Shown here: piece after piece, positions 1 to 14,800 of the stretch
Layout: each line of letters starts with the position of its first letter
Position numbering within the stretch: the first letter of the stretch is position 1
Assembly: GCA_028023455.1 (NCBI GenBank)
Contig: JAQFVV010000003.1
Coordinates: 19,282,001-19,346,000 of the forward strand
Source of the DNA: Epiperipatus broadwayi
Taxonomy: Eukaryota > Animalia > Onychophora
DNA: 64,000 nucleotides
Direction of reading: 5' to 3'
The notes under the pieces: generated by a model
Database searches by the model: none
Told to the model about the DNA's origin: nothing
The model's input: the letters and a program-made list of their open reading frames with translations, nothing else
Position numbers and translations under genes: made by a program

Positions 1-3000
1 TCTCTGAAATCCTAAGAATTGCTGATAATTTTGAGGAACAAAAAAAAAAAAAAAAGATAAGTTGCATCTTTTTATCTGATAACAAATTCACACTAATTGT
101 AAAAAAAATAATTTGAAGGGGATTGGTGTTCAAATACAATACGTTATTAAATACAATCATTTGTAAATTTCTAAAAGAAAAATGCACTGATTTTCAATCT
201 GTTACATTGTTTCTATGACCGAATAGATTAAAAATATATAATAGTGTTCTATACCGTATATAAAATAAACACCGAATAAAATAAAAAACATCATACTGTT
301 TTATTATTTATTTGATATTTAGTTTTGAAAAAGTACTAATAGTGTTTAAAAAAAGTACTAAGTCCTTGATTGAAAACATTTCTATCAAAAGCAGTGCACA
401 TAAATTTAATCCATGATTAATTCATTACATTTTCATCTATAATAATAACCTAATTAAAGTATTTGTAGTTGATTACTTTTTCTACTACTTCATTGCTATC
501 AGTCTTTATTTTTTATATTTTCTGAAAAATCATTAAACATTACTTGAGCTTTTTTAGTATTTATTTTAGGTCTACTTTGTTGCCTTCAACTGATAATAGT
601 TGTAATATATTTCCTGAAGGGCCAGGACATTATTTGCAAAAATAATCTCATCATTTGCATAATCTAAATGATTTAAGTAGTTATCATTTATTTTCATTAT
701 CTTAGTTTTCCACTTTCATCCACAAAATATTTCCCTTCTATAACACAGTTGATAAAAGTATTGGAAATAAAAAATTACCCTGTTAAATACCAATAATAAT
801 GTTAATCTTCTTAGTGTTACCATGTAACCCAATCAATTACATTTTGATAAATCTTCAAAATTTGATATTATTCTGGGTCTATGTCTTGATATTCTGAAGC
901 TTTAACCACCAAAAGAATGCTTATAAAATTTAATGCTTTTATTTAATCTGTAAATCCAATGCAAAATGGTGACAACCTATTCTGTTGTATTTTTCTTTTT
1001 TTTTTTAAAGTTTTTTTTTTTTAAAATCAGAAAGCACTAATTTGTTTCTATCAATGTAATACCACTTGATTCTTTCAGCTTATTAAAGCAATAGCAGTTT
1101 TTCTTTCTCTGCCAGCTATTATATATTTGAGTGGTCGGTGTTTTGCAGATAATAGTGTAATTTATTCTCCATTCCCAAACTAGTTTCTGGATTTTACCTT
1201 CATCAATTAGAATTTGCGATTCAGAGCTGGAACTAATAATAAAAAAGGAATTAAAGGTCACTGCCAGATACATAACTGCATTGATTCCAGTTATGAGTCC
1301 TAAAGATTATTGATAGATACATGACCCGGATCCTTATCAGGGAGTTTTACTGCTCCCTGATTGAATTTTAATAGTTTACCCAATCCAGTGCATTTAATAA
1401 ATTTAACTCATAATAATGTAATATATTAGCTGACAACAATTATTAAAGTAATTTTACATTTTACAGACATATATACACATAAGTCCAAAATAATAATAAA
1501 GATCATTCTGATCTGTTTAGTTCCTAGCTTGCTTTCTTATGTCCAGAGGCAAGCTCTCCGCTCTAGAAGTTACTAGGCAAAGAATGATATTCAGCACCCA
1601 AATTTTAAGTCCATTTCCCTCTTGAGCACTTCACTGACTTCCTTCCTTATTCTCCTCCAACTTGCATGTCTTCTTCCATTGTTTTCTTCCTATAGCTGAT
1701 GGACTGGCATTCCCACTCATCAGGTAAAGTAGTTATTTCTCTAAGTGCACACATGTTGGATTCCAGAATGTTTTACCTTTTGTTAACTTTAATTACTGAG
1801 TTATTATGAGATTCAAATTCTTATCAATGACAGAAATCTGACTCTCATTCCTTTAATTATCTCGTTATCACTAATATTATTTTTTCGTTATAATTAAAAT
1901 ATAATCTTTTTTTTCTAATCTTATAACTTCTAATTATTTTTTAGTTCCATATTTAAAAGATAAAATCTTTTAATTCTACAATTATTTTTAATTTTTTTAC
2001 TATTAGCTTTATATGTATGTGCATGTACCCATGCACATTCATATCAAAAATAAAATCCAGAAATCAATATGAACATGGAGATTAAAATGCAATACCATTT
2101 GGTAAGCACTGATTAGTCAAGCTTACAGATACTAGAGTAGTGAAAGAAGTTTTTTTTTTTGATTAATTTGTCTAATATTAACAATTATTTATTTAAAATT
2201 ATAGCATGACAAATAATAAAAAGAAATGAAAAAAGAATCAAAAACAGGAAAAAAGGAATAACAAAATAACTAAAAATACAATGCATTTGATTGGTTTATT
2301 TAAATAATAAATTTAATTTCTTCTGTTTATTTGGATTTTTATTTTAAAAAAATATTATATGATTTTTCTATAGTATCTATTCAAATATGCATATTTTATT
2401 ATAAAAATAGAGAACTCATTTGTTTTGAAATAATTTTTTATTTGAAAACAAAAACTAAAATAAATAAATCTTTTAAAACAATTTTCTTGGGGGATGGGAG
2501 GGGGGGGGGGGGTTTGTCAGACAATGGATTTGAAGATCATATAATAGATTATAAGCAATAATGATTATTTCGTAATTACTGCAATAAAATTAAATATCTG
2601 GACATCAGTCAATGTAAAATAAAATTATGAATGTGCATTTATAAAGTATTACATTGTTGTTGTTTTTTTAAATATTTGAAAGTGATGATTATAAAAATAA
2701 CAAACTGATATATTCTGATGCATTAGAATAACTATAAATAAAACTACAGATATTTAAGATTCTACACCCAAATAAATAAATGTCAGTAGTAGCTACAGTT
2801 TTTGCACACAGATAATTTCATTTTCTGATTTTTATATTTATAACACTCTTTATTCAAAATAATTATATACAATTCCGATAAATATGGCCTATTAAAAAAA
2901 AAAAAAAAACCTAATTAAAAATGTTTTGATAGTTTACCATTTTTAATCTAAGACAATTTTCTGCTAAAATATGATCTTACTATATAATAGGAGTGAGATA

Positions 3001-4068
3001 AGTTAAAAACTATTAAATCAGTAATAAATTTTCTAATTGATAAAAATTTAAACTTTATAACTTCACAAATTATATAAGTTTTATATAATCCTGAGTCCTA
3101 AATCCTAGGCTTCACTTTCAATTATCATCATATTAACATTCTAATTGATAAATTTAGATATTTTATAACAATGTTCTATAAAATCAAAGATATCTTTCCT
3201 TTAAACATTCTTATTGTTTTTCCAGTATTAATAGATTAGCATTACTACAAAAAAGAATAATAATAGAAGAAAATTATAGATATATAAAAATGGGTACAGA
3301 AATATTTATTATTTTATCACTTTCTCAAATTTATAAATTATACAGAATTTTTTTTTTTGGTAATACTTGCAAAAAAACCTTATATAAAATAGTTTGAAAT
3401 ATGTCTAAGAAAAATGGTTACACAGAGTTTCAAAATATTGTAATAAATATGGAATTAGAATGAGAAATCATTACATTCCTGAATTGTTCAATAATTTAGC
3501 TACTGAATTAGAAGCTTACTACAGTATAGAGAATAAAAAATCAAATTAAAAATATATATTAAAGAAGGAAAAAACAAAGATATAGCAAAATATCTATGAG
3601 TAAATAATATGTTATAATCAATATTTAATTATATATAATTCATATATTAATGAAATGTAATTTGTTATTGCATTATTGTTAGCATATTTTATATTATGGT
3701 TCTTTAATCAAAAGAAAATGTAAATATATAAATGTTTATGAAAATTTTCTTCTACATAAAAACCAATTAGGATTTAGTAGAAGCAGAATGGCGTTTGCAT
3801 ATACTTTGACTTGTATTTAATCTTTATAAATGAATGAATAAAGAATGATATATTAATAGTAATTAAAAATTCATAAATAAGGAACTTGATCACCATCTCA
3901 TATTTGTAAAGCTATTCACTACAGCGTTAATATTTTTGTTCCTTTTTAGTCATAAACTATAAACTGATTTGTATAATTTCAATCCATCTAATAGAGTATA
4001 CTTTCAATTCCACTCAAATGTATGAAATTAAAAAACAATTCTTCAATGAGGAGTAAGAAATAACTTAC

Positions 4069-4203
4069 CTGAACTAAATAACATTATAGCTTTTAGATAG
4101 GCATATTCTCGAGAATCTACCTGAAGCCGCTGCATACTATCTACATATTCTTGTAGCCTACAGATATGGTCAGTTACAAGACGAATTCGTTCTGATAATT
4201 TAT
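4069..4203 (-). CDS. NR2C (TR2/TR4/Hr78): NR2C LBD exon: DKLSERIRLVTDHICRLQEYVDSMQRLQVDSREYAYLKAIMLFSS
   Basis: Poly-T tag acceptor, CAG|gtaagt donor; 135 nt, phase 1 to 1; EYAYLKAIxLFS nuclear receptor motif. The next exon was not found in 1-4068, so it is probably left of the window. Confidence 0.95.
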
Positions 4204-4594
4204 CTAAAAAAAAAAAAAACATAATATTTCACTTTTTTCAAAATACTGTCAAATTGGTTCTTATTTAAATATTTAAAAAAGCAATAATTGTGTGGTTAGT
4301 TAATTCCTCAAAGATCAAGAGCTTTAAAGTAATGAGCCAAAGTAACAATTTTTCAATTGACAGAACTAAGATTTTTCTTTTGCTCAACTAAAAATCAATC
4401 CAGAAAACTGCTGTATGTGTGTGTATGTTCAAAACAGGAAGTATTAAAGTAAGGTCATTAAACTGTATAATTAAAAACAGATTGAGCAGACAATTATAAA
4501 TAACGAATAATGGATAAACATGTTTTCTCTAAAGACAGTGTCATGATTATAAATACCTATTAGCTAATGAGACAAAAATCAGAGGGCATTACAT

Positions 4595-4665
4595 GGACCA
4601 GGAAGCTGTGTGGGATTGAACCTACCATATTTATCCAGTAGAATCACCACTGAACTGTAGAAAAG
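4595..4665 (-). mobile_element. Degenerate tRNA-derived SINE head
   Basis: Minus strand has an A-box-like agttcagtggt and a B-box GGTTCAATCCC at tRNA-like spacing. Confidence 0.4.
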
Positions 4666-5712
4666 GGATGTAAGTAATAAAGAGGTTGCCACAATCTATA
4701 TTATTATTTTTGTATGCCATATGGCTTTTTTATTTTCATTTATTTATGACTAATATAGTGTTTAAATATTAATGTAGCAATTATCTGTAATCTTGCTCAC
4801 TGAATATATAAATTCTGATTATAATCAATTAGTGTTGAAATGTATTTAACAAGTAACAACTAAACATACTCTAGAGTCTCATTATTTATTGTGTTAGATA
4901 AGTTAAACCATACATATAAAAACATTATCTACTGGGGTAAACTATTCTGGACAGAATTTAAACTAATAAAAATAAAGATTTTCCATTCAATTAGTGGTCT
5001 TATATTTTTCTATCACAAAATGGCATTGTATTTTTGATATTACTGCAAAAACTAATTATAACCTATTAAAATAATAATGATAATAATAAAGATTACATAA
5101 TCTTTAAATAAAAATGAAGTGTGTTTGTAAACTCAGTAGAATGCTTCAAGTTAAAGACTTAGCTTTCTCCAAAACATAGTTTCTCCATAATATTCCTGCA
5201 AACTTCAGCTATTAATCTAATGTCATTGTAATCAGTAACTTGTATTTTTTTTCATGGCAATAAAAATCTTTTAAACAAGAGGTGAAGAACTTTCTCATCA
5301 TAGATATCTTAAAAAAGAAATATTTGTAGTAAAAAAATTATGTTTGAGATTATAATACACAGATTAATAATACAGCTGTGTATTATAGTGGAGACATTAC
5401 ATATATTTAAAAAAGAGCATGAATAAGAGAGCAATTCTTCCATACAAAAAAGCTATCACTGTTAGTTTAATAAATGTTTTTATAATATCATGACATCTTC
5501 CACAAACTGAAAACTTGGCTACTTTTTTCTAAAAGTTCCAAGACCAGGAGTCCCTCATTTTGCTAATTACAAAAACTAAATGGAATCAAATGAAAAGGCG
5601 AATCAATATGAAAATTAAAGAACGTAAAAAGCTTTCAGACAAAGGTCAAATAAATTTGCCATCAGCTTAGACTTTTTGGAATGCAGACTGCACTCTAACC
5701 TTGATACTACAT

Positions 5713-6254
5713 CAGGGGTCCCCAACCCTATGCCTGCAAGCACCATGGCGCCCGCAGACCATTTTACGTATGCCCGCCGATATCCGAACAAAAAAAATTA
5801 TTTATCTGATACAAATAAATTTAATTTTTAAAATTTCTTATAAATTATTGTATTATATTGTAATCAAATTGTAGGCCATACTATACTTTTACAGCTTAAA
5901 AATATAAACGTTAATTATATATTAAAATTATATTTTTGAAATAAATATTTTTTTGTACATTATGTAATTATAAATTTTATTAAACGCACATTATTATATT
6001 AAGTAATATTTACTAAGGCGGTAGTAACCTTTAGGAATAAGCATCTGAAAAATTCGAAGGTAGGGACCTCTACAGGTCTTAGCCACAAGTTTACGCTAGG
6101 AAGAAAATATGTGTATTATTAACAATATCCAACTATAAATTTACATTGAAAATATAAATGGTGCTCGCCACCTGGTTGAAAAAATAAATGGTGCCCGCCA
6201 CCTGGCTGGTATTATAGAATGTGCTCTTAAGTGCAAAAAGATTGGGGACCACTG
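5713..6254. mobile_element. Non-autonomous hAT element (MITE)
   Basis: TIRs caggggtccccaacc / gattggggaccactg; 8-bp TSD tactacat (5705-5712) / tagtacat (6255-6262), 7 of 8 matching. Confidence 0.85.
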
Positions 6255-8002
6255 TAGTACATTCCCCCAAAATCTGCATTCAAAAAAATTGTAAATGAAA
6301 TATTAAAAATTAATAAAAAATAGATTTTAATTTACAGTATATATGCATAATATGTATGTGTGTTAAAAATATGTATTATACTATGGTTCAATATTATCTT
6401 CAAATTTTGACATTGAGGACATGAATTGGAACAAAATGTTACAGATAGAAAAAACTAATGTACCAAATTGCTAAAATTTAGAAATGAGAAAATGCAATGC
6501 ATTTCTGCATTATGGAGATTTCTTATTTAATCTATTCCTTCATCTACTAATAATTATTTAACTTAACTTTCTAAGAATCAATCAGGTACAGTTTACAAAG
6601 CTATTATTAACCATTTTCGCTATGACTAGTCAAAATACTAGCTAACAAAAACAATGGATTAAAAAAAAAAACCCATAAAACATTCTCACTATTATTTTAA
6701 AATTCATTGCAACAGATTCCAAGGACACATTATTTTTGGTTTTATGATTAAGACTTCAGCCAAACATTAGCTGATTAATTCTATAGGGATTTATCTACTA
6801 CACCAAGCCTTTGTAAAAGACTTGCAACAACTTGATCCATTTTTACACAGAAGACATTTACAAGATTTTCTTCAAAATCTGTTTTAAACTCATCTTTTGA
6901 CCACAAAAACCTTCACTATATATTCATTTAAAATGGTTATTCTATTGATAAACAACTATAGAATGTTTGAAATCAAAAGGCCATCTTAGTTGGGAAACTG
7001 ACAAACAATTTAAAGAGCTACAGAGTAACCGAAGGATCTTGAATTGCTTTGGATTGGCAGATTTTAGGGACTTCCATAGAAATCAGATTTTTCACAGTAT
7101 ATGACAACAACAACAAAAACCTGCAAGAGAATAAGTAAATATGTGGAATACTTATTGCTAATGAGAATTCAGAAAAATAAGAAAAGTTAAATATATAAAA
7201 GAAATTTATAACATTATCTATCAAAGATAGATTAGTGCTCAGATGTTCTATGTAAATAAAAAATAATAATTGTAATAACTAGAACTAAACAGTGGCAGTT
7301 TAATCTTTATTTATAATTCAATTAAATGGATATTAATTTTTATGTTAGTAATGGATTGAATAATGGCTGTATGTGAGAGATCACTACTACTTGATGTAGA
7401 CAGTAAGTTAATGGGGGTGCTGTGATATTTAACTTGATAAATATTGTCTTTCATAAAGACTGCTGGCATTCTGATGGCAAAACAACTTATAATAAAAATC
7501 AATGAATAACGTTCGCAAAAATATATAGCAATTATATTAATGGTTATTTAAAATATCTTTTAAATAACAGATTTGAAATAGAAAGAAGAAGTAAAATAAT
7601 CAACATATTCAAGGCATTCTGACTTTATAGAAATTATTTACGTATCAAAGTAAGATATATATTTTCCAAATTTTTAAATATTGCCAAGTGGGGTTTCACC
7701 ACTTTCGTGCCATATTCATAAACTAATATTAAAATAATATTAAATAAAAAAAATCACACCGTTATTTAAAGTTCCAATATTGTCTTAGAAATATTAGTTG
7801 ATGGTAGAGAACATAAATTAGAAAAGTACCATGCTTGTTTTACTTTCCATTTCTGATGGTCTCTGTCTTTACTCATTACATTCACATTATTAGAATTAGA
7901 TACACGATTCATATCTCTTTCATGAATTAAGAAAAACTGGAGCATAATCAGAGTCAATTTTTGAATGATTACATTGAATGCTATATTATTTTGTATTCTT
8001 GA

Positions 8003-8097
8003 GGGGATTTTGTGCACAAACATTCCTGCATCCATTGATTACTAAGGGTTGCACTGAGTGACACTATGTATATGGAGAGTTTGCTACTGCTAATAAT
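8003..8097 (+). mobile_element. Fragment of hammerhead-bearing family A element (ribozyme part absent)
   Basis: gcatccattgattact...gcactg.gtg.cact...tatggagagtttgctact matches the segments at 18680-18745, 26305-26362 and 54455-54515. Confidence 0.75.
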
Positions 8098-9714
8098 GTT
8101 CTAATTTCCTTGTAATATATTGAATAACAATCAGAAATTCAAATTATTTTGGTGGACCAAAAATCAACATTATATTCATTATAATTAGAGGTGGTTTGAA
8201 CCCAGACTTTCAACCTCCATTCAATCATCCACTTTATCTTATAAAACTGATACACATGATCACATAAATGATCTCTAATATACATATTTCATGCTGAACC
8301 AGCACTCTCATCAGTTGGTCCAGATTTGGTTTACATTATGATAGCAAATCTTCAAAGTTTAATGGATATGATTCATTCTTCAGCTCTTCATTCATTCATA
8401 TCATTGAAAATCTGATGATGACATGTTCAAAACCCTTGATTGCCAATTTTGTTATCATACTCATGTTGACTGTAAGTCACTCTAACCCCTCATATGTAGA
8501 ACCTTAACATTATTTATATACCCAGAATAAAAGCTGAATCTGTAATATTTAAATACAAGTATAATATATATATATTTAAGCTAGATGTATATGTACATGT
8601 ATATCAGCTGAATAAGATAGAGTGGATGACTGAATGGAGCTTGAAGTCTGGGTTCAAACTCTATATAGTAAATACACTGAAAAAGATTATACTGATTCAA
8701 TATAAGACATTGATCATTATTGTCATCAGATTTAACATTAAATTTAGCTTTGTAATTAAATCATTTCATTTTAAAGCAAATTTCAATACAAGAATAAAGT
8801 ATAATCATTCAAAAATTGAAACTACTTACCTTTCAGTTTTTCTAAATTCACGAAAGAGACATGGTCCATATATTTAATTCTGATAATATGGATAAAAAAA
8901 AAAACAGTGAAAATGGAAAATAGAAATATAAACAGTGTTCCAATAATATTCAAGCAAGTCAAAACTGGAATTTTAATTATTAATGAAATCACTTTTATTT
9001 AATATTATTTTGATACTAGTTACAAGTATAGCACAAAAGTTATTAAAAGTCTGCTTGGTGCATTGAAAACTTGGAAAATATATCTTACTCTGCATCAAAT
9101 GTTTATTTACATATTTATTAAAGAGGAATTGTTTATTATTTATTATACAAAGCTATACTCAAAGATATGCATTTTTGTATTTGTAAATTCAAAATTGTTT
9201 GATCTGGCACGAATGATAAATAAGTAGATTAAAAAAAAAAGTTTCCTATTTTAGCTATCATGCAATTCAGGAAATATAAAGAGGGATTCATTATAAAAGT
9301 AATTTGCAAACTGCAGTTTCTCCAAGTATCAAATGGTAATCACAGTGCGATGCAGCTTTAGAAAAAAAAAAAACAATCATCCACCTGCTAACAACATTCA
9401 CTGCTAGTTCCAAGAGGATCGATGCTTAAATAAAAATCCCCTGGAAAGAATCCATTGGAATGGATGTTTGTATTACTGGCTATGTAGTGTTTTATAGAAT
9501 TTGTATACATAATAAGATATTATAAAATAAAAATAATAAACTTGGACAATTTTACTTTCCATTGGTGCAGATCTCATACTTTTAAGCATTCAATAATCAA
9601 AGTTATATTCATTTAAAGTATTTATATTCTTTAAAAAAGACAATGTATCAATTTGAAGTAATAATATATTAATAGTTCAAAATTAGCAATATCTTAATTA
9701 ACTAATTACCTGGT

Positions 9715-9813
9715 GTCAAGCGTTGGTAGTCGAGTGATCACACAGCTGCCTTACAAGCAGTTGTGCCGGGTTAGCCTCCTGGCCGATACTACGACACATG
9801 AGAAAAAAAAAAA
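9715..9813 (+). mobile_element. tRNA-Gly(TCC)-derived SINE or retropseudogene with poly(A) tail and 15-bp TSD
   Basis: 9720-9790 closely resembles the recalled eukaryotic tRNA-Gly(TCC) sequence (GCGTTGGT...AGCTGCCTTnCAAGCAGTTG..CCGGGTT..CC.GGCC). The anticodon reads TAC and the B-box is damaged. It is followed by an A tail and flanked by the TSD aactaattacctggt (9700-9714, 9814-9828). Confidence 0.85.
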
Positions 9814-9823
9814 AACTAATTAC

Positions 9824-9963
9824 CTGGTTGTACATTGCCCTGTAAGTGACTCAAAATGGCAGTAAGGACGGTTGGTAATGACATAATTTGTGCGCACTGA
9901 GCTAAACCAAGAGTTAGGATCTCACACCAACAGCAGCGGAGTAATGCAATCTGAATCTCCTGC
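9824..9963 (-). CDS. NR2C (TR2/TR4/Hr78): NR2C LBD exon: (R)QEIQIALLRCCWCEILTLGLAQCAQIMSLPTVLTAILSHLQGNVQP
   Basis: ttttcag acceptor, CAG|gtaatt donor; 140 nt, phase 2 to 1. Matches recalled TR4 WNELFTLGLAQCAQVMSL. Confidence 0.95.
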
Positions 9964-11828
9964 CTGAAAAAATTTTTTAATGACCATTGTTAGATAATAG
10001 TTCACCTTTTACACAATATTTTTAAAACAGACTATCTATTCTAGTTTAAATTTTTTTTAAGAGTCCAGTTGACCTGATAAGATTTTCATGCCAAAATTTT
10101 ATAATAAAATTATTTGTTAATAAGGATAACTATTTTTTTTTAAAAATAAAAGTTTTTAAAATAATCAAATAGCAAAAAAAAACAACAACTGCAATGTTGT
10201 ATTGTAACTACTAATTGTTCAAAGTTACTTTTACTAACTTCATCAACATATTACACCAATACTAAATTCTAATACAGGTTTCTGCTTCTTTCTTGTGATT
10301 TAAAAAGACTGATAATAATTTTATTCTCATCACTTTTTTTTTGGAGAGATTCTAGAAAGACCATCATAAAGCAGTTTTACCCTTTCACTAAATATTCAAA
10401 TATATATTTATCCCTCCTTAGCGATAACGATTGGTCCTCCAAAACTTATCGTTAAGCAAGAATATCATATACAGAATACGTATTTATAATGGGGGTCTAT
10501 GTGGAAAAAATTGGTTGGTTCCTAAAGCTAAAAAATTACACTAACTTGTAAATAAAGTACTATTAAAAAAATTATTCATTAACACTTATTTTAAATGCAA
10601 TCTGTTTTTCTTTTGATTTGAAACCACTTGGGTGTAAACAACATTTTTAATGAAGATACAAAATCAATAACTATTTTTACATAATTAATCTGATGTTCTA
10701 AAAATAATATACAGTATTAAGGAACACACACACACAGTTTAATATTCGTACTTAGTGTTTTCATGAAAGTTTGTGATGATGGTATTTTAGTTGTACTGTA
10801 TTTATATATTGGACTATTTCATCATCTAATACAAGTGTTGAATGTCTTTAGAAAAATTAAACTTTATTTAAATAATCCAAAAACTGTGCATTATATTTAA
10901 ATAGTATTATAGATTCATTAATTTATCTATATTTTAAGTTTATACGTTCTATAATCAAAATACTGAATGCAGCACTAACATTGTGTTTTATGAATAAAAT
11001 ATTGTATGTGCCATACAATTTCAGCAAAGTTATTACCTGTACACGTATTACAGTAATGTACTTTTGTTTTTGGGTAAAATGATATTAAAATACCTATTCT
11101 CTGACCTCATCAGTGATGCAAAATTCAAGATGGCTGCCCCTCCCCAATTTCCCCCGATCGTTATAGTGAATAATCGATTGTAAATCGAATTAGTGGGCAC
11201 AAATTGATGATGATCGCTATTGTGAAAAATCGCTAAGTAGCCAATCACTAAGTGAGGTCTAGGTGTAGTTTGCTTCTCATGACATTATAAAATGTTCGAG
11301 CAACCAAAATGTCAAAATTGAACTGTAATCTATAGATCTTTAGCTTTCAAGTCAGTCTTCTACTGCTGAATTAAACCATGCAGAGCACTCTTCCATTGAT
11401 TTCTGATTTTTTTAAAAAACCAAAATTCAATTTTCTTTACATTTTCTAATATACATTAATAAAAGGTATTAAAAATTAAAACAGATTGGTCACTAAATTT
11501 AATGAAATAAATTGAAAACAAATAATAAAAATTAAGATCAAGATGGTTGACTTCATTATCAAACAACCCACATACCAATGAGTAGCATGAAAACCCACAA
11601 AGGACTTGACAATGTAATAAGATCCTTTTAATATCATTTACAAGTATTCTCTCAAGAGTTTTTCTTTGATTTAAAAGTTCCTTTTCTGTGAATATATGCT
11701 CATAAAAGCAATGTTTATATTTCAAAATAATAATGCTGTTAAATATTTTAAATATTACTATCCTGATTTATATACAGCATTAGAAATTATAAGACAGCAT
11801 TGCAAGGTATCAAATAAACAAAGTAGAG

Positions 11829-14800
11829 CAAGAATGTCAAACTTGCAATCCACAACGAATATTTGCAGCCAATATAATGATATGTAAGAAATGTTTTAAT
11901 AAAAATTTCGTAACTTAATTTTTATAATATCCTGTTATGTATAATTATTAGTAACGAACTAAAATGTTTTCCAATGATTTATTACTACAATTGTGTTATA
12001 TCCATTTCCCTTATGTGTACATGCACCATTACCCCCCTCCCCACTAATACTAGCAGCAAATATTTTAGCAGCCAATTATATACATACTACCACATGCCAG
12101 AGCCATGTCATTTACCTTTGGACTGATTTGTTTGGTGAGCTTAACAGGAAATATTTTGCTTTCGGGGAACAAAAAAAATAGATTTATTTATATTATGCTT
12201 ATTAATTTGTGCGGATATTCAGTGTCTGTAGGTTAATGTTCAAGAAAAAATATTAATTTTTATTAAAATATTCTATTATTTTATGTTAACAATAATCATT
12301 TATTTCAGGAATTTGTAGTTAGCATGTCTCTATTGAAACCAAGTGGTACTAAAAATAAATGAAAAATTGCTATCATCGAAATTCCAAGAAAAGTGGGAAT
12401 TGGAATATTTTTGCTGTGAAGTAAAAAATAAAATAATCTGCTTGATATGTAATAATGCCAGTAGTGTATTAAAATTATATGATATTAATTGTCATTATGA
12501 ACAATGTAAATCAAAATATATAATAATTTCAAGGGATTAATAAGATAAGAAAATGCATGCAAGCTACAACTTGTCAGAGTTAATAACTAAATATTCAAAA
12601 CGTTTTACTAAAGATAATTTTATCAAAGAATTTAATTAAAGCTGTAGAAATTGTTTGTCCTGAAAATAGGAAGACTTTTCAAGAAATCTTTGTCTTGCAG
12701 AAAGTTATTGATTTGCCGATAATTTAAGTATTGAGATCACAGCAAAATCATCTATTTTTGAAGCTTTTTCCATTGCCTATGATAAGAGTACAGACATAGG
12801 GGGCATAGTTCAATTAACCGTGTTTCTTTGTGCTTGTGACAAGTATATCAATATTTTTGAGAAACAATTGGAACTACTACTGATACATAACACTAGTACA
12901 GGACTTATATGGGTTTATGAACTTCTGAAAAATACAATCTACCTCTGTCAAAATTAACTTTTGTAACTATGAATGGAGCTCAAATTCATTGACTAGAAAA
13001 AAAAACAATGGTTTTGTGGCATTACTGCAAAAAAAGTGAAATTTATAACAGATTCAAAATTCATCATAGGCATTGCATTGTACATCAAGAAGTATTATGT
13101 GTGAAAATAATAAACAAAGAAAATGTGTTGGCATCTATCAAAAAAAATCATCAATTTTATAAGATCTTGAAGCTTAAATCAGCGACAGTGCTTGCTTTCT
13201 TAAGTGAATTAGTGAATATCCCTCTTTGTCTTGCTATACTGAGGTATTTTGGCTATCCTGCTCCAAGGTTCTTAAACAGGTCTGGGATTTGAAGGAAGAA
13301 ATATGACAGTACTTAATAACTAAAAATCAAGATACAAGCCTGGTTTTTGACACAGTTATGATTGCAAAATGCATCCTTCACGGTTGATATAACAAAATAC
13401 TTATATAATTTAAATTTAAAACTGCAGGGAAAAAATCAGATCATTAGAACATGGATGACCAAGTTAAAGCATTCAAATCTAAATTAATTTTTTGGAAAAA
13501 GCAATTAGAAAATGATTTAACTTACTTTCTGCTGTGACCTAATTTTCCACAGCAAAAGCACTTAATTCGACTTTTCTTAATGTCAGTTGTTCCACTATGG
13601 TCAGGCACCCTTCTATCTGGTTTGTCAACTTTGTGGATTTCACAATCGTTGTCCACTATTTTCATGGCCGCAAATTCTTTTGCTTGCTGTAACACAAGTT
13701 CATGAGCTATGCCACATTTGATAACTACTTTATAGTTGATATCCATATCTGCCAATAACTGCTGTCTCAGACTGTCACTGCTCATTCCACATAAAAATTG
13801 TTTGAGGAGAGCTTCCTCCAGATATGCATCGTAGATGCAGTTTTTTTGTGAGTTCTCGCAGGCAGTATCAGAATCTTGTGTCCGCTCGTTCTTGCCTTGG
13901 CGGCGATTTCTGAAGTGGAGTCTGGCAATGTGTCTAGACTCACAAGGATTAAAATAGTTGGTCAAACGATCTTTGATCTGTTCAAATGTTAATTCTTCCG
14001 GGGTTTTAGGTTCACAAAGCCTATTTGCAATTTGGATTACTCCTTTTCCAGCGAAACACAATAAGGTCGCTGTTTTGCTTTTATCCTCCTTTACTCTAAT
14101 AATAATTAAGTTTTTCAATTTGTTGGACATACAGGGGCCACTCACTTGCCTCTCTGATGTCAAATTCAGATATTGCCGGTTGCATTACGATAACTTAGTC
14201 AATTTAACAAAAAATATAGAAATATATTTTTTAGTAGTTTATCTCTTCATGAAATCAAATAATTAGATACCAATGTAATTGGCTGTCAATGCATTGATTG
14301 TGATTACTGACAATTCTGCAATTTGCTGAGGATTAGGACCGTTGAGGTTCGTAATCAAAACTGTAACTGCGCCAATTTGCTGTGACCAACAGCACTCTAT
14401 TGCTCGCTGGATTGCAAATATTAATAATACATATATATAATAATTAATGAGGCAGCTCGGCAATTTAAATAATGAGAATTTATTTACAGAGTTATATACG
14501 AGTTAATCACTCTTGTCAATATATACAAAAATATAACTATTATACCCACACTATTTTATATATAAATGAGGGCCCAAAGGCATACAAAAATAATAATGAG
14601 ATCAGTACGACCTGTTACATAGTCCCTAGGTTTACTGTGGCATGTCCGGAGGTAAACCTCTTCAAAAGGCTAAGTGAAGGAAGGAGCTGACTGGAGCACC
14701 CGAGGAAATGGCATATCTGCCTTTCAAGATCTTCACTTTACAAGAATTCTGGTCTCAGTTCAATTCTAGATCTATATCTACTCATGCCTTGATTCGCCAT

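Noticed and set aside
2489-2513. G-quadruplex regulatory element
   Set aside because: A simple G homopolymer run with no supporting context.
8281-8330. Extra hammerhead (minus strand CTGATGA...GAAA)
   Set aside because: Stem II is plausible, but there is no stem I or stem III pairing.
9720-9790. Functional tRNA-Val(TAC) gene
   Set aside because: The body is Gly(TCC)-like with a damaged B-box and acceptor stem, followed by a poly(A) tail and a TSD, so it is a retroposed copy.
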